DNA of 64,000 nt from the human T2T-CHM13v2.0 reference genome, Homo sapiens. Of the stretch, positions 1 through 12,070 are shown in pieces. The stretch is taken from the NCBI RefSeq assembly GCF_009914755.1, contig NC_060927.1. One strand, written 5' to 3'. A program made the position numbers and the translations under genes. How positions within the stretch are numbered: position 1 is the first letter of the stretch; each line of letters opens with the position of its first letter. The notes under the pieces were generated by a model. That model was not told the DNA's origin and made no database searches. It saw only the letters and a list, made by a program, of their open reading frames with translations.

Positions 1-81
1 ACTGTTCATTGTGCAAGAGACAAAACTAGATATTGGTAAATTCCCTTCTTAGAAACCATTAAGTAATAGTGGAAGCTTTAC

Positions 82-274
82 CAGCTCTATCCAACAGAAC
101 TTTCTGTGATAATGGAAATGCTCTATATCTGTGCTGTCCAATACGCAGCCATCAGCCAGATGTGGCTACTGAGCACTTGAAATGTGTGCCACTGAAGAAC
201 TGATTTTTAAATCTTATTTCAATGAAATTTAAGTAGTCTCATGTGGCTAGAGGTCTCCATATTGCACAGCATAG
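82..274 (+). mobile_element. MER3 (hAT-Charlie MITE)
   Basis: CAGCTCTATCCAACAGAACTTTCTGTGATAATGGAAATG...ATGTGGCTACTGAGCACTTGAAATGTG matches the MER3 consensus. Confidence 0.8.
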
Positions 275-359
275 TTTTAAAACCTGTATTTTCTTATCCC
301 TTTTCATCTACTGTTTCTTAGACAAATGCAACAAAGGGAGTTTGGAATCCCTTTCAATC

Positions 360-537
360 TGCTATGGTCTGAAGGCTTGTGTCTTCCCTAAAATTCATTT
401 GTTGAGATCCTAACCCCCAAGTTGATAGCATTAGGAGGTGGGCCTTTGGGAGGTGATTAGGTCATGAAAGAGCTCATGTTGTTTAAAAGTATCCAGTCTA
501 TGGTAGCTTGTTACAGAAGCCCAAACAGACTAAGACA
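360..537 (+). mobile_element. MLT1A-type MaLR LTR, internally deleted
   Basis: TGCTATGGTCTGAA...GGGAGGTGATTAGGTCATGA start joined directly to the CCAGTCTATGGTA...CAGACTAAGACA end. Confidence 0.75.
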
Positions 538-2325
538 CAACATTTTAATCATTCTGTTACTTCTGAATTATTTCAAATTGTTCTGAGAGACCCTAAAATT
601 GCTTAATCATATAAAAGAGGTATTCAGTGTCATTTGTCAGATTGCCACCAAAATTCTGAGAATTCAGCCAATGAGTTACCAGCAGTACCCTCTCTAAAAG
701 AATAAAATTGGGTGTTGTTTTGAGTAGAATCAATCTTTATTTAGTATAAGCGTAAACACTTTGGTGTGCATTTTTCTTTCCAAGTAGTTGGATAGACCAG
801 GATGTTGGGCTGGATGACTTCTGAAATCCCTGGTAACCACATGGTTTCAGAGTCTACAGATGTCACTGGGTTAATCTTGCTTCCCGTTGTGTTGCATCCT
901 AACCAAAATATCAAAGCACCTCTCCAAAGCCCTCTGGCTCACACCCCAGGGCGGGAAAAAGTCAAGAAAGTTGTAGTCTTTCACCATCAGAAACCTAGAT
1001 TGGCGGGAGGAACAATTAAACAGCTTCAAATCACCTCACCCTTCACATTTTGCTATGGATAGAATTCCCCACTCCTGTCTCCTCCTTCCCACCCCAACAA
1101 ACAAACCCTTTAATTCCCCGGAAGCAGTCCACACATCCCCTAGGCCTCCCCAAGTAAAGTTTCTCAATGTCCCCAAACAGGGGTGGTGTCTGCACCTGGC
1201 AAGCAGGGGCGAGGTCTATCAGTTGGTCTCTCAACCTATCCACACACTCCTGTGCACTCAACCACACAAGTGGGAACAGTGGCTTCAGGACACACAGCCT
1301 TCAGGAAGAGAAGACACCCACAGAGCATGCTCTCCTTAGTCAGAGTGGATGTGGAACCAACCAGTGTCAGCCAGGGTGCCAAGCCAGCCCATTTCTCTAC
1401 GGCCTCCTTTCTCACTGTCCAATGCTCTAACATGCCCTGACTAAAGCCCCTACATGCTTGGGGAGTATAGACGCCATGACAAAGGCGGGGGAGGAGAGTT
1501 AGGGTATATCACTGGTGTCAGCTATCATTGGAAGTTTTGTAAACACAGGCAGGTCCCTCACAGCTAGAAGGGGTGAGGAAGAGCTGCCTCACCTACTCTT
1601 GGGGCTGTCCAGACCCCAGTGGACGGGGGTAAGACAGGGCTCTTACTACCACAAGGCCACAAGTGAATTAATGTGCAATTATCATTCTAAGGGGATGGGG
1701 AAAAAGAAAAAATCCAAAAGACCTGTAATTTGGGCAGCTTCCAGCATGAACATTAATATATACACTCCTCAAAACTCAGTAACTTTTGCTGTTCATTCAA
1801 GACCCCCTATGACTTATAATGAATTTAAAGTCCTGTATTAGCCAATCATATTCCTCCATGACCAAATTTGCATAAGACTTTATCCTAAAATTTGTATTTT
1901 AATTTAGAATTACCTAGCAAGGAAAATAAGCCCTAACCATATGCCAATCTAACCACAGTGTCTTCACACTCTTTACACAGATGAAGATTCACAGGGACCT
2001 ACTGCCATCCTCAGTGTAGCCACCACTGTTTGCTCTCAGTGAGCACAGGGTCAAGTGGAGGAGATGGGAAACCAGGTCATTAGTAAGCGCCAGGAGAGAG
2101 TCAGGCCTGGGGTCCTAGAAGCCCAGAGAAAAGATTTCTAATGCGATGAGTATCATAAACTACTTCAAATACATCTACATATATCTACATTTTCTTGCTT
2201 TTTTATCCATAGATGGAAAAAAAAAGTTGCTGTGCTTTCCATACTGTTAGATGTATAAAATACCAGGAAACACTTCCCTTTATTTTCTCAATTTCCCACT
2301 TGGAGCTAATCAAGAACAGGACACA

Positions 2326-2600
2326 GGCGGGACACGGTGGCTCTCACCTGTAATCCCAGCACTTTGGGAGCCCAAGGAGGGTGGATCACTTGAGGTCGGA
2401 AGTTTGAGACTAGCCTGGCCAACATGGTGAAACCCTGTCTCTACTAAAAATACAAAACATTAGCCAGGCATAGTGGTGTGCACCTGTAATCCCAGCTACT
2501 CAGGAGGCTGAGGCAAGAGAATTGCTTGAACCTGGGAGGCGGAGGTTGCAGTGAGCCAAGATCAGGGCACTGCACTCCAGCCTGGGCGCAGAGTAAGACA
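2326..2600 (+). mobile_element. AluS
   Basis: Full dimeric Alu; tail replaced by a purine microsatellite. Confidence 0.93.
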
Positions 2601-2668
2601 AGAAGAAAGAGAAAGGAAGGGAGGAAGGAAGGGAGGGAGGGAGGGAGGGAGGGAAACAGACAGACAGA
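2601..2668 (+). repeat. (GGAA)n/(GGAG)n/(ACAG)n purine microsatellite derived from the Alu tail
   Basis: Read directly. Confidence 0.85.
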
Positions 2669-2994
2669 ACAAGGGGTCAGAAATGACCCAGACAGAAGGG
2701 CAAGTAGCTGACTGGAAGGAAGATAAAACACAAGAGAGATCCCAGAAATGTTCTAAGAAACAGGTCCCCAACTGAACACTCTCACAGTCACTTTAAAAAT
2801 AAAACAGCCCAAACATAGAATAGGTCTATGGCCAAAGCCTGGTCTTCCTAGTCCCTCCTCACAGAGATGTAAACTGCCCATGAAAACAAAACGTGTACAA
2901 GTTCCGTGCATATGAACGTACAAGAAAAAAAAAAAAGACGGGCAGGACGGACCTCCAAATGGAGTCATGTGTCTCTCTGCATTTTTCCACATTA

Positions 2995-3140
2995 AAAAGT
3001 GCCTGGAGGGATGCACACCCAAATGGTAGCATCAGATTATGTCTGGGGGTGGGGTCTGGGGTGACCTTTTGAAATACTTTTCTATCTTCTGAATGTTTTA
3101 TATGGCATATAGGTAATATTCATAATCTTGAAAAATAATG
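2995..3140 (+). mobile_element. Ancient L1ME-like 3' end fragment
   Basis: GGAGGGATGCACACCCAAATGGTAGCA...GGTGACCTTTT...AAAATAA resembles an L1ME 3'UTR. Confidence 0.45.
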
Positions 3141-4019
3141 CTACTTCCATTATAGAAAAAAAGGCCTTTGCAAGCTGTTAGAGATGAATTGGCACTAAGA
3201 ATACATTTGCAGTGAGGATGGGGAATGCCAGTCAGAAAACAGCCACCTGAACCAAAAAGGCAATCCCCGAGCTCCATCGGGTTTTGAAGCACCACATTCC
3301 ACCTCCCCCGCCATTGTCTAGGTGGCTGCCAAGCGCTACTTGAGGAAGTGATAAGCATCACTGTCTGTCACACATTTATCCTTTAGGGATGAAACATCAA
3401 GGGAGAAGATACTAAAGCCCAACTAGCATCACAGCAGACTCATAAGCTATTATTACACTTCGTGTACAAGTCATCTCCACAAATGAATCCACTTTCCATG
3501 TCCAGAAAAAAAAAATCCAAAAACTATTGAAAATATTGTAAGTTTCCATCAAGTTTGACCCTTAAAAATTTTCTCAGTCAGAATTAAAGCCAATGAAACT
3601 AAAATTTTCTTGTATGAATGTCTTTTAAATGTTCCCTAATCACTTGACTTTTGTTCTTTTTACCCTACTTTTCACAAAGGTCAAAAGTAACTTGAAAACA
3701 GCACTATTCATAAATTTCTCCAACTCCCGAATCCACTCCCAAATATTGACTTTTGTTGATTTTGAATGATCCTACATTCTTTGATGTGGTCACTTGAAAA
3801 TAATAAGGCCTATCTAAAAACAGACTGCTAAACAGACACATAGCCACGAATGGATTAAAAAGCAAAGTTGTTTTCCTTGAGGGATTTGTCAAAGCACCAA
3901 AGGTGGTCAGGAGTCTGAACTTCCAAGCAGCAGCCTTACTGAAAATCAGCACCTGCTACTAAGCCCCCAACTCCGAGGAGTGCTTCACTTCAGCAAATGG
4001 CTTTCACTTCACTCTCTTG

Positions 4020-4172
4020 CTTGAGCTATATGACCTTATGAGACAGATATCATCATTTCAAAGATGAGGAGACAGAGGTTCAGAAAGTACAAAAAAAATG
4101 GTCTAAGCAGGTATGCTCAATACATCATTGGCAGAGCAGGGATTTAAACAGGTCTTCTCACTCTGAACCCCA
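4020..4172 (-). mobile_element. MIR
   Basis: AGATGAGGAGACAGAGGTTCAGAAAG...GGCAGAGCAGGGATTTAAAC MIR core. Confidence 0.65.
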
Positions 4173-4569
4173 CAATATCATTTCTAAACCAGAATGTCAT
4201 GAATTGAAAGATGGATATATCCAATTAATCAGAAGACACTTTTCATTCAAAGTTTACGGGAACCCCCCACCCCGCCAAAATGCTCACCTTGTATAATAAG
4301 CTTACATCCCCCAAAAATGAGTGCAAAAGGCTGATGTAATTTTAAGCAATATCACTTTAAAAACTGTAGAATCAGAATCAATTTAGAAGATTGAGGAAGG
4401 ATTCCTTTGATTACATAAAGATTGCAGACATCCTATTCCAGAGCTGTTTCCTCTGCAATATATGAAAATATGGGGCTCAAGGGGATGGGGGTGAACCTTT
4501 CTATTCAAATTATGCCAATAAACTAGGATGGGAGATGGAAAGAAGAGGGAGCATGCTAAGCAATTTGGG

Positions 4570-4750
4570 CTTTTGTCCCAGCTTAGTCACTTAACAGTTG
4601 TGTAACTTTCAGCCTGTCATTTAGGTTCAGTTGGCCTCCATTTTCTAATTTATAAAAATGGAAGTAATACCACCTACCTCACAGGACCTCTGTGAAGAGT
4701 AACACAATCATGGATGAAGCTCACACTAGTATAAAGTATTAATTATCATT
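4570..4750 (+). mobile_element. MIR
   Basis: CCCAGCTTAGTCACTTAAC...TATAAAAATGG...CTACCTCACAGG. Confidence 0.65.
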
Positions 4751-4805
4751 ACTTCTGCCAACAGGCCAGTTCCTGATTCATCCTCAGTGCTTACTGAATT
4801 CCTAT

Positions 4806-6390
4806 TGAGAGGTGACAGCATGCTGGCAGTCCTCAGAGCCCTCGCCTGCTCTCGGCACCTCCTCTGCCTGGGCTCCCACTTTGGCGGCACTTGAGGAGCC
4901 CTTCAGCCCACCGCTGCACTGTGGGAGCCCCTTTCTGGGCTGGCCAAGGCCAGAGCCGGCTCCCTCAGCTTGCAGGGAGGTGTGGAGGGACAGGCGCAAG
5001 GGGGAACCGGGGCTGCGCACTGCGCTTGCGGGCCAGCTGGAGTTCCAGGTGGGCGTGGGCTTGGAGGGCCCCGCACTCCGAGCAGCCGGCGGGCCTCCCG
5101 GCCCGGGCAGTGAGGGGCTTAGCACCTGGGCCAGTGGCTGCGGAGGGTGTACTGGGTCCCCCAGCAGTCCCGGCCCACTGGCGCTGCCCTCGATTTCTCA
5201 CTGGGCCTTAGCTTTCCCGCGGGGCAGGGCTCCGGACCTGCAGCCCGCCATGCCTGAGCCTCCCACCCCTCCATGGGCTCCTGTGCGGCCCGAGCCTCCC
5301 CGACGAGCGCCGCCCCCTACTCCATAGCACCCAGTCCTATCAACCACCCAAGGGCTGAGGAGTGCGAATGCATGGCGCAGGACTGGCAGGCAGCTCCACC
5401 TGCAGCCCCGGTGCGGGATCCACTGGGTGAAGCCAGCTGGGCTTCTGAGTCTGGTGGGGCCTTGGAGAACCTTTATGTCTAGCGCAGGGATTGTAAATAC
5501 ACCAATTGGCACTCTGTATCTCGTTCAAGGTTTGTAAACACACCAATCAGCACCCTGCGTCTACCTCAGGGTTTGTGAGTGCACCAATCCACACTCTGTA
5601 TTCTAGCTGCTCTGGTGGGGCCTTGGAGAACCTTTATGTCTAGCTCAGGGATTGTAAATACACCAATCAGCACTCTGTATCTAGCTCAAGGTTTGTAAAC
5701 ACACCAATCAGCACCCTGTGTCTAGCTCAGGGTTTGTGAGTACACCAATCGACACTCTGTATCTAGCTGCTCTGGTGAGGCCTTGGAGAACCTGTGTGTC
5801 TATACTCTGTATCTAACTAATCTGATGGGGAGGTGGAGAACCTTTGTGTCTAGCTCAGGGATTGTAAACGCACCAATCAGCGCCCTGTCAAAACAGACCA
5901 CTCAGCTCTACCAATCAGCAGGACGTGGGTGGGGCCAGATAAGAGAATAAAAGCAGGCTGCCCAAACCAGCAGTGGCAACCCGTTCCCGTCCCCTTCTGC
6001 ACTGTAGAAGGTTTGTTCTTTCGCTCTTTGCAATAAATCTTGCTACTGCTCACTCTTTGGGTCCACACTGCTTTTATGAGCTGTAACACTCACCCCTAAG
6101 ATCTGCAGCTTCACTCCTGAAGCCAGCGAGACCACGAGCCCACCGGGAGGAAGGAACAACTCCAGATGCGCCGCCTTAAGAGCTGTAACACTCACTACGA
6201 AGGACTGCAGCTTCCCTCCTGAGCCAGCGAGACTATGAACCCACCAGAAGGAAAAAACTCCGAACACATCCAAACATCAGAAGGAAAAAACTCCAGACAG
6301 GCCACCTTAAAAGCTGTAACACTCACCGCAAGGGTCCACGGCTTCATTCTTGAAGTCAGTGAGACCAAGAACCCACCAATTCCGGACACA
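4806..6390 (+). mobile_element. LTR12C solo LTR (ERV9/HERV9), full length 1585 bp, antisense to OSBPL10
   Basis: Canonical start TGAGAGGTGACAGC and end CCAATTCCGGACACA. CpG-rich 5' U3, tandem U3 enhancer repeats and three U5 repeats. Flanked by CTAT/CTGT (4-bp TSD, 1 mismatch). Confidence 0.95.
5445..5960 (+). promoter_or_regulatory. LTR12C U3 enhancer/promoter: 8 CCAAT (NF-Y) boxes in tandem repeats, GC/CACCC box, GATA site and TATA-like AATAAAA
   Basis: CCAAT at 5502, 5543, 5584, 5663, 5704, 5745, 5873, 5911; GTGGGTGGGG 5925-5934; CAGATAAG 5936-5943; AATAAAA 5946-5952. Confidence 0.75.
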
Positions 6391-6455
6391 CTGTAACACC
6401 ACTTTTCCTATCCTAGAAGTTTCCTAAGACCACCCACTTGATAAAAACTACAAGA

Positions 6456-6730
6456 AGCCAGGCTCAGTGGCTCATGCCTATAATCCCAGCACTTTGGGAG
6501 GGCAAGGCAGGAGGATCGCTTGAGCCCATGAGTTGGAGAACAGCCTGGGCTATGTGGAGAAACCCTGTTTCTACAAAAAATTAGCCGGGGATGATGGTGT
6601 GTGCCTGTGGCCCCAGCTGCTCAGGAGGCTAAGGTGGGAGGATGGATTGAGAGCCTGGGAGGTCAAGGCTGTACCACTGATTGCACCACTGCATGCCAGC
6701 TTGAGCAACAGAATGAGACCCTGTCTCAAA
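6456..6730 (+). mobile_element. AluJ, followed by (CA)n at 6731-6762
   Basis: Diverged dimeric Alu with GGAGGATCGCTTGAGCCC J-type diagnostics. Confidence 0.9.
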
Positions 6731-7444
6731 ACACACACACACACATGCACACGCACACACATGCAAGAAATTCACTCTTGCATTTCTTGCATTTAAGACC
6801 TTCAAAGTCATACACAAGTAGATTCTCATAAGAATGGCTTTATGACTCTCTCTCAACACTTTCTCCATCAATGCTGCTTTAATTTTTATAATGCACTAAA
6901 GGCCGAATGTTTTCTTTTGTTGTTTGTGTTTTCAGGGGAAGTCTGTGTTCTATTCTTCCTGGCAGACCAATCCCATACCCCGGTGACTCCACCTCAAGTA
7001 ACACCGGAAACCACAGGATGAACCTATGTGACATGGAGAAAAGGGAGATTTTGTCTGTTTGTCAGTTTCTGTCCATGCAGAATCAGAAACTTTCCTAGAA
7101 GGGACCCCACCACCCACAGAGGGAAGCACATGGTGGCCCTAGCTGACATCTGTGAGGCTAGATGTCAGAGCAAGGACAAGAAAGCAGGAGACCCAGGTTC
7201 CAGTCTTAGCACCACAGCCTCCTGGTTGGGGCTTCTTTGTGTACAAACCAATGGAGGCTGGGCGAGATAGCCAGACCTCTGGATTTCAAAAGCCAATACG
7301 TGTTTTGTTTTTGTTGTTGTTGTTTTTTTTTTTTTAAGTCTGGGAATTGATTTAGGGTTATTCACACTTTCAATTTTTCCAAGTAAGAATATTAAGAACA
7401 AAAAGTACCATAATTCCACTAAAATAGCTAAAATGTAAAGACAG

Positions 7445-8100
7445 AATCAACTACTGATACACACAACAGCATGGATGAAATTCAAAAGCTTTTTTTTTTT
7501 TTTTTTGAGACATGATCTCACTCTGTCACCCAGGCTGGAGTACAGTGGTGCAATCTCAGTTTGATGTAACCTCTGTCTCCTGGGCTCAAGCAATCCTCCC
7601 ACCTCAGTCTCCTGAGAAGCTGAGACTACAGGTGTGCACCACCATGCCCAGCTAATCTTTTTCATATTTTTTTGGAGACAGGGTTTCGCCATGTTGCCCA
7701 GGCTGGTCTCGAACTCCCAGACTCGAGCAATCTGCCTGCCTCAGCCTCCCAAAGTGCTGGGATTACAGGCGTGAGCCACCACATCCAGCCTCAAAAACTT
7801 TTTTGTAAGTAACAGAAGTCTGTTGTGAAAGGCCATATAATTCTACCTATAGAACATTCTAGAAAAAGCAGAACTATAAATAGGAAACCAATCAGCAGTT
7901 GCCAGTTGCAGAGGGGTCAGCGAGGAGATTGATCATAAAGGGGGTAACGAGGGAACCTGCTGGCAGGGCGGAATTGTGAGTACAGTGGTGGTTACTCGAC
8001 TCTATATATTTGTCAAAACTCATTGAACTTTACACTTAAAAGGAGTTAAATTTTATTGTATGCAAATTATACTCTAATAAACCTCAATTTAAAAAAAATG
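7445..8100 (+). mobile_element. Old L1M (L1MB/ME-type) 3' end, interrupted by an Alu
   Basis: ACACAACAGCATGGATGAA...ATTTGTCAAAACTCATTGAAC...AATAAACCTCAATTTAAAAA. Confidence 0.7.
7490..7790 (-). mobile_element. AluJ
   Basis: Poly-T followed by reverse Alu; TSD TCAAAAGCTTTT/TCAAAAACTTTT. Confidence 0.92.
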
Positions 8101-9049
8101 CAATCAATATTCTACCATATTCTACGATAAAAAGGAAGAATATTTTAACCATCCAAAAGCAAAGCAACATAATTTTTGAAAAAAAGAGTAGTCGTTTATT
8201 TTAAATAAAGTTGTCTTTGGGAATAATTCCCTCCTTGTTTTTCTCATTTCACTCTGGACTGGGGAAAAACTTCATCAGGTAGTGACTAAGGCAGGTCTGG
8301 GTTTTGAAACCACAGGCTGGGTCATCCTTAAAGCCTTTTTCAGCTCTACAGTTCTATGCATCTGGCTATCCTGTAGTTCTTACTAAAATGAGTTTGAATT
8401 ATAGCACCATTTTACCTAATATTTGTTCCAGGGAACACAATGTTATTTTTTTCCCACCCTGAACACGATTTTACGTAAGAGTTTTTAAAAGGCAAAATTC
8501 CAAGCAGCTGTAGGGAAAGTATTCTCTATAGTCTACTGTAAAGGGATCTGATCTGCTGAGAATAAAGAAGAAACACGGTGAAGAGGAGGCTTGGCATATA
8601 TTCCTAATAACCATGATGCAAATTAAGCAGCAGTACTATAGTTAACTAGATATCAAGTTTATATTCACTTTGAGCCCATCCTTGTTTTCACTATTTAACT
8701 TCTGCTTAAGCAGCCTTGAATTTGGTAATGCTGTCACTGAATAATAAGGTCTGTTCACAGTGTTAAAATTATTATTCCCTAGTTGATCATGCTAGCTAGG
8801 ATATAAATGAGTGGTAATAGCACTTTCATCTCCATTTCTCAAATAAGAAATCCTCCAGGCCTAAACTTCTAAATTATTATTTATTTTGATTCTAATATTA
8901 ATAGATTAGTCAGTATTCCTGAAGCTAACCAGAGAATATATCAGGAAATCAAACTCTGCTTCCAAGAATCTTCAAATTCTTTTTTTTTTTTTAACTACCA
9001 TTAGGAAGGCTTTAATTTTTCTTCTCTACAATGATTCATCAAAATATTA

Positions 9050-10180
9050 ATGTACTTAAAGTTGGTTCCCCTACCTCAATTCCCACTCCCAAAATAAATT
9101 CCAGATGAATCAGTGATTTAAATATAATAATTAACCTATAAACTCCTTGAAAACAGTGAAGAATATTTTCATAATTTTGGACCAGAGATGCCCTTTCTAA
9201 ATATGATACAAAACCAAAAGCCAAAAATAAAAATACTCATAAACTTGACTGCAAAAACTTGAATATTCTACAAAGCAAAAATTTTATTCAAACTCAAAAT
9301 ACAAATTGTCTACTAGGAGAAAATATCAACAGTACAAATGACAGGCCAAAAAAAATCCTTTGTACACAAAGAGCTACTGCAAATCAAGAGGAAAAAATGA
9401 GCTTAATAGAAAAACAAGTGAAGGATATAAATTGGCAGTTTGCATTATTTTTAAGAATGGCCAATAAACATTTGAAGACATACTTGGCCCCAGTCATGAT
9501 TTTAGACATGAAAATAAAAATAATGAGGTATCCAATTTTGATCTGTGAGAATGAAGAAACCTGAATGTTAGTAACGCCCGTTAATGAGAGGGGGAAACAA
9601 ACTCTTACAGAACTGGTGGGAGTACAAATAACGGCAACCGTTGTAGAAGACAATTTAGCAACGTCTATGAAAATTTCAAAGACATATTCTAAGATCTAGC
9701 AATTCCACTGGTATAAATTCATCCTACAGATAGACACCTAGAGGTATAAGAATATATATGCACAAAGACGTCACACATTACAGCATTATATGTGACAACA
9801 ACAATAAGGAAACAACTCTAAATTTCCATTAGTAGAAGACTTAAATAAAGCACTGACATCCATTCCCAAAAACACCATCTGGCCAACCAAAAAGGAGTGC
9901 AAGTAAATCCATGTGCCTAATACAAAAAGATCTCCAAAATATATTAAGTAAAAAAAAAAAAAAAAAAAAGGAGAAAACAGTATGCATGTGATCCCCATTT
10001 GTATAAAAACATGTATTTACGTAGATACAGTTATATATACATACACATACCAAGATATACTAAATTTACTAGAAAGATATTCAAGAACTGTTAAGAACAA
10101 CTATCTCTAATGAGCACATAGGGCAATAGGTGGGGATAAGTCCTTCTACTCTTATCCTCTTCTGTTCTGGTTTATAAAAA
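9050..10180 (+). mobile_element. Old L1M ORF2/3'UTR remnant
   Basis: CCCTACCTCA...AAAATAAATTCCAGATG, GATCTAGCAATTCCACT and related L1 ORF2-end motifs. Confidence 0.7.
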
Positions 10181-11299
10181 GTAAAGACACATATAAAAAG
10201 ACAAAAACAAACTGCACTTCCTAGATGTATATAAAGTACCAATTAAATGTTGAGAACTCCTACTATAATTCTTGGAAAATAAAGAAGGCCAATTGGGGGA
10301 AAATGCTTTAGAATGAGGGCTGTACCTACAGTTCCTGAAGATTCGGCTTAGGGCAAGTTAAGCGAGGCATTACAGGTAAGTGCCACTATCCTAAGCAAGT
10401 TAAGGAAAAGGGGATGTTTCTTTAAAAAAAAAAAAAAAAGCATTATGAAGAAATTATTTTAGTTTGTATTTGGAGGCAGAACAGCCAGGTGTATCTAAGT
10501 AAGACATTTCACATGGCCCTGACCCAGAAAGCAGGCAGGTTTTAGCAGATGGAATCATCAGAAGTTTGAAGAATGGATCTTTCTACAGGATGCATGGAAT
10601 ACAGAAAAAGATAGCAGTTGGATACACTAACTATATTTGAACTAATGATAGAAAGGAGTAGCCCTTGGAACATTAATTTTAACAAATATTTATTGCCCTA
10701 GATAAATGCATTTTGAAATTGTTTCCTGTATTTTAATGAATGTAAATCCTCCACAATAATCCATGAAAATGCCCACCTCCTACCTCCTGCACACCTAACA
10801 CAAGATCTCACAAGGTCCCCAGGAGAGAATAAATCATACTTGGATGCCAAATTACCCGAGAACATTTTGATACACTAGGAATGCAGAAGCTCCTTGCAAA
10901 GTACATAAGCAATTCAGGGTCTAGGTTTTATTTAAGGATCGGTGATGGCTACTAGATTTACGAACTGTAAATCTGACAACTCCATCTCCACAATGAAATC
11001 ATCCACTAGAGCTTCTCAATAGACCAATTAACAGCTGCCTAAATTGACAACAGAATGCAAAAGTGTCTTTCCAGATTCGGTTCCCATAGTGTCTGCGTGC
11101 CTGCGTATTCTACCTACAAGAAAATCTTACTACATTTCTCCTGGCTTTAAATTTATGTGCAGCAGGACAAGTAGGAATTCCACTGCAGTGGGCAACTTAA
11201 AAAATAACATGAAAAACACCTTCCCCGAAGAAACAAATAATGGGGCTGAAAGCCAGGCTGGTTATTCGAATGCCTCCTTCCTTTCTCACGGTGACTTAC

Positions 11300-11379
11300 C
11301 TTAGAATTCATTTCCATGTGGTATTTGGCACAAGCTCGAAGCTGAGTCACCCAGAATTGTTTCTCTTTTGCATCAGCAG
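11300..11379 (-). CDS. OSBPL10: OSBPL10 internal coding exon (exon 3, 80 nt), PH-domain C-terminal helix: (A)[26 protein letters not shown]
   Basis: Polypyrimidine acceptor TTTTCTCTATTTTAG|CT and donor AAG|GTAAGT. The phase-1 start completes the GCT codon from exon 2. The conserved PH-domain Trp is present (QFWV). Confidence 0.96.
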
Positions 11380-11770
11380 CTAAAATAGAGAAAACAGAGA
11401 AAGAAATGATTGCAGAGATTGTTCCAAAACACATCCAACTTATTTCTACACCCACCTAAGGGGGTGGGGAGCCTGGGGAGTGAGAGGTAGCAAGAAGGTG
11501 GGGAAGCAAGCACAGATCACAACGTTCTCAAGCGGCCTGTACTTACACCAAAACAGAGACTGCACTGAATCCCACGGAAAATCCTCTCTTGAGCCATATG
11601 AAAAATGGATTCTGAAATACCCGTTATAAGAATAATTTTGCCATTTTTTAGCCTCCTCTGAAAAAAGTCATTTCTATAATACTTATTTAAAAAGAAAGCA
11701 GGCAAGGAACCACATGCTTATTTTCAAATGCCTCTAACCTTGTGTAGCTAATATGAGTATCAAATGGCAC

Positions 11771-12070
11771 TTTTTTTTTTTTTTTTTTGAGACGGAGTCT
11801 CGCTCTGTCGCCCAGGCTGATGTGCAGTGGCGCCAACTCAGCTCACTGCACACTCTGCCTCCTGGGTTCATACCATTCTTCTGCCTCAGCCTCCTCCGTA
11901 GCTGGGACTACAGGCACCCGCTACCATGCCCGGCTATTTTTTTTGTATTTTTTAGTAGAGATGGGGTTTCACTGTGTTAGCCAGGATGGTCTCAATCTCC
12001 TGACCTCATGATCCACCCGCCTTGGTCTACCAAAGTGATGGTATTACAGGCTGAGCCACTGCACCCGGCC
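11771..12070 (-). mobile_element. AluY-like
   Basis: TTAGCCAGGATGGTCTC...CTCATGATCC diagnostics; TSD TCAAATGGCAC/TCAAAGGGCAG. Confidence 0.9.

Larger units (their letters stand above)
1..11299 (-). other. OSBPL10: OSBPL10 downstream intron (intron 3, partial; phase 0)
   Basis: Starts with GTAAGT at 11299; no further ORP10-like exon recognised. Confidence 0.8.

Noticed and set aside
4802-5546. Cluster of long overlapping ORFs (up to 171 aa)
   Set aside because: All lie within the GC-rich U3 of LTR12C; low stop-codon density explains them and no protein family is recognisable
5445-5915. Regularly spaced repeats superficially like a CRISPR array
   Set aside because: These are the known ERV9 U3 enhancer repeats. 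The inter-repeat sequence is itself repeated, the context is eukaryotic and there are no cas genes.
7301-7440. Orphan poly-T tract that might mark a minus-strand processed pseudogene
   Set aside because: No canonical poly(A) signal, no matching TSD and no recognisable gene sequence
11153-11455. ORF-track extensions beyond the exons (100-aa and 70-aa ORFs)
   Set aside because: The residues outside 11300-11379 and 14526-14701 are intronic read-through past clear splice sites
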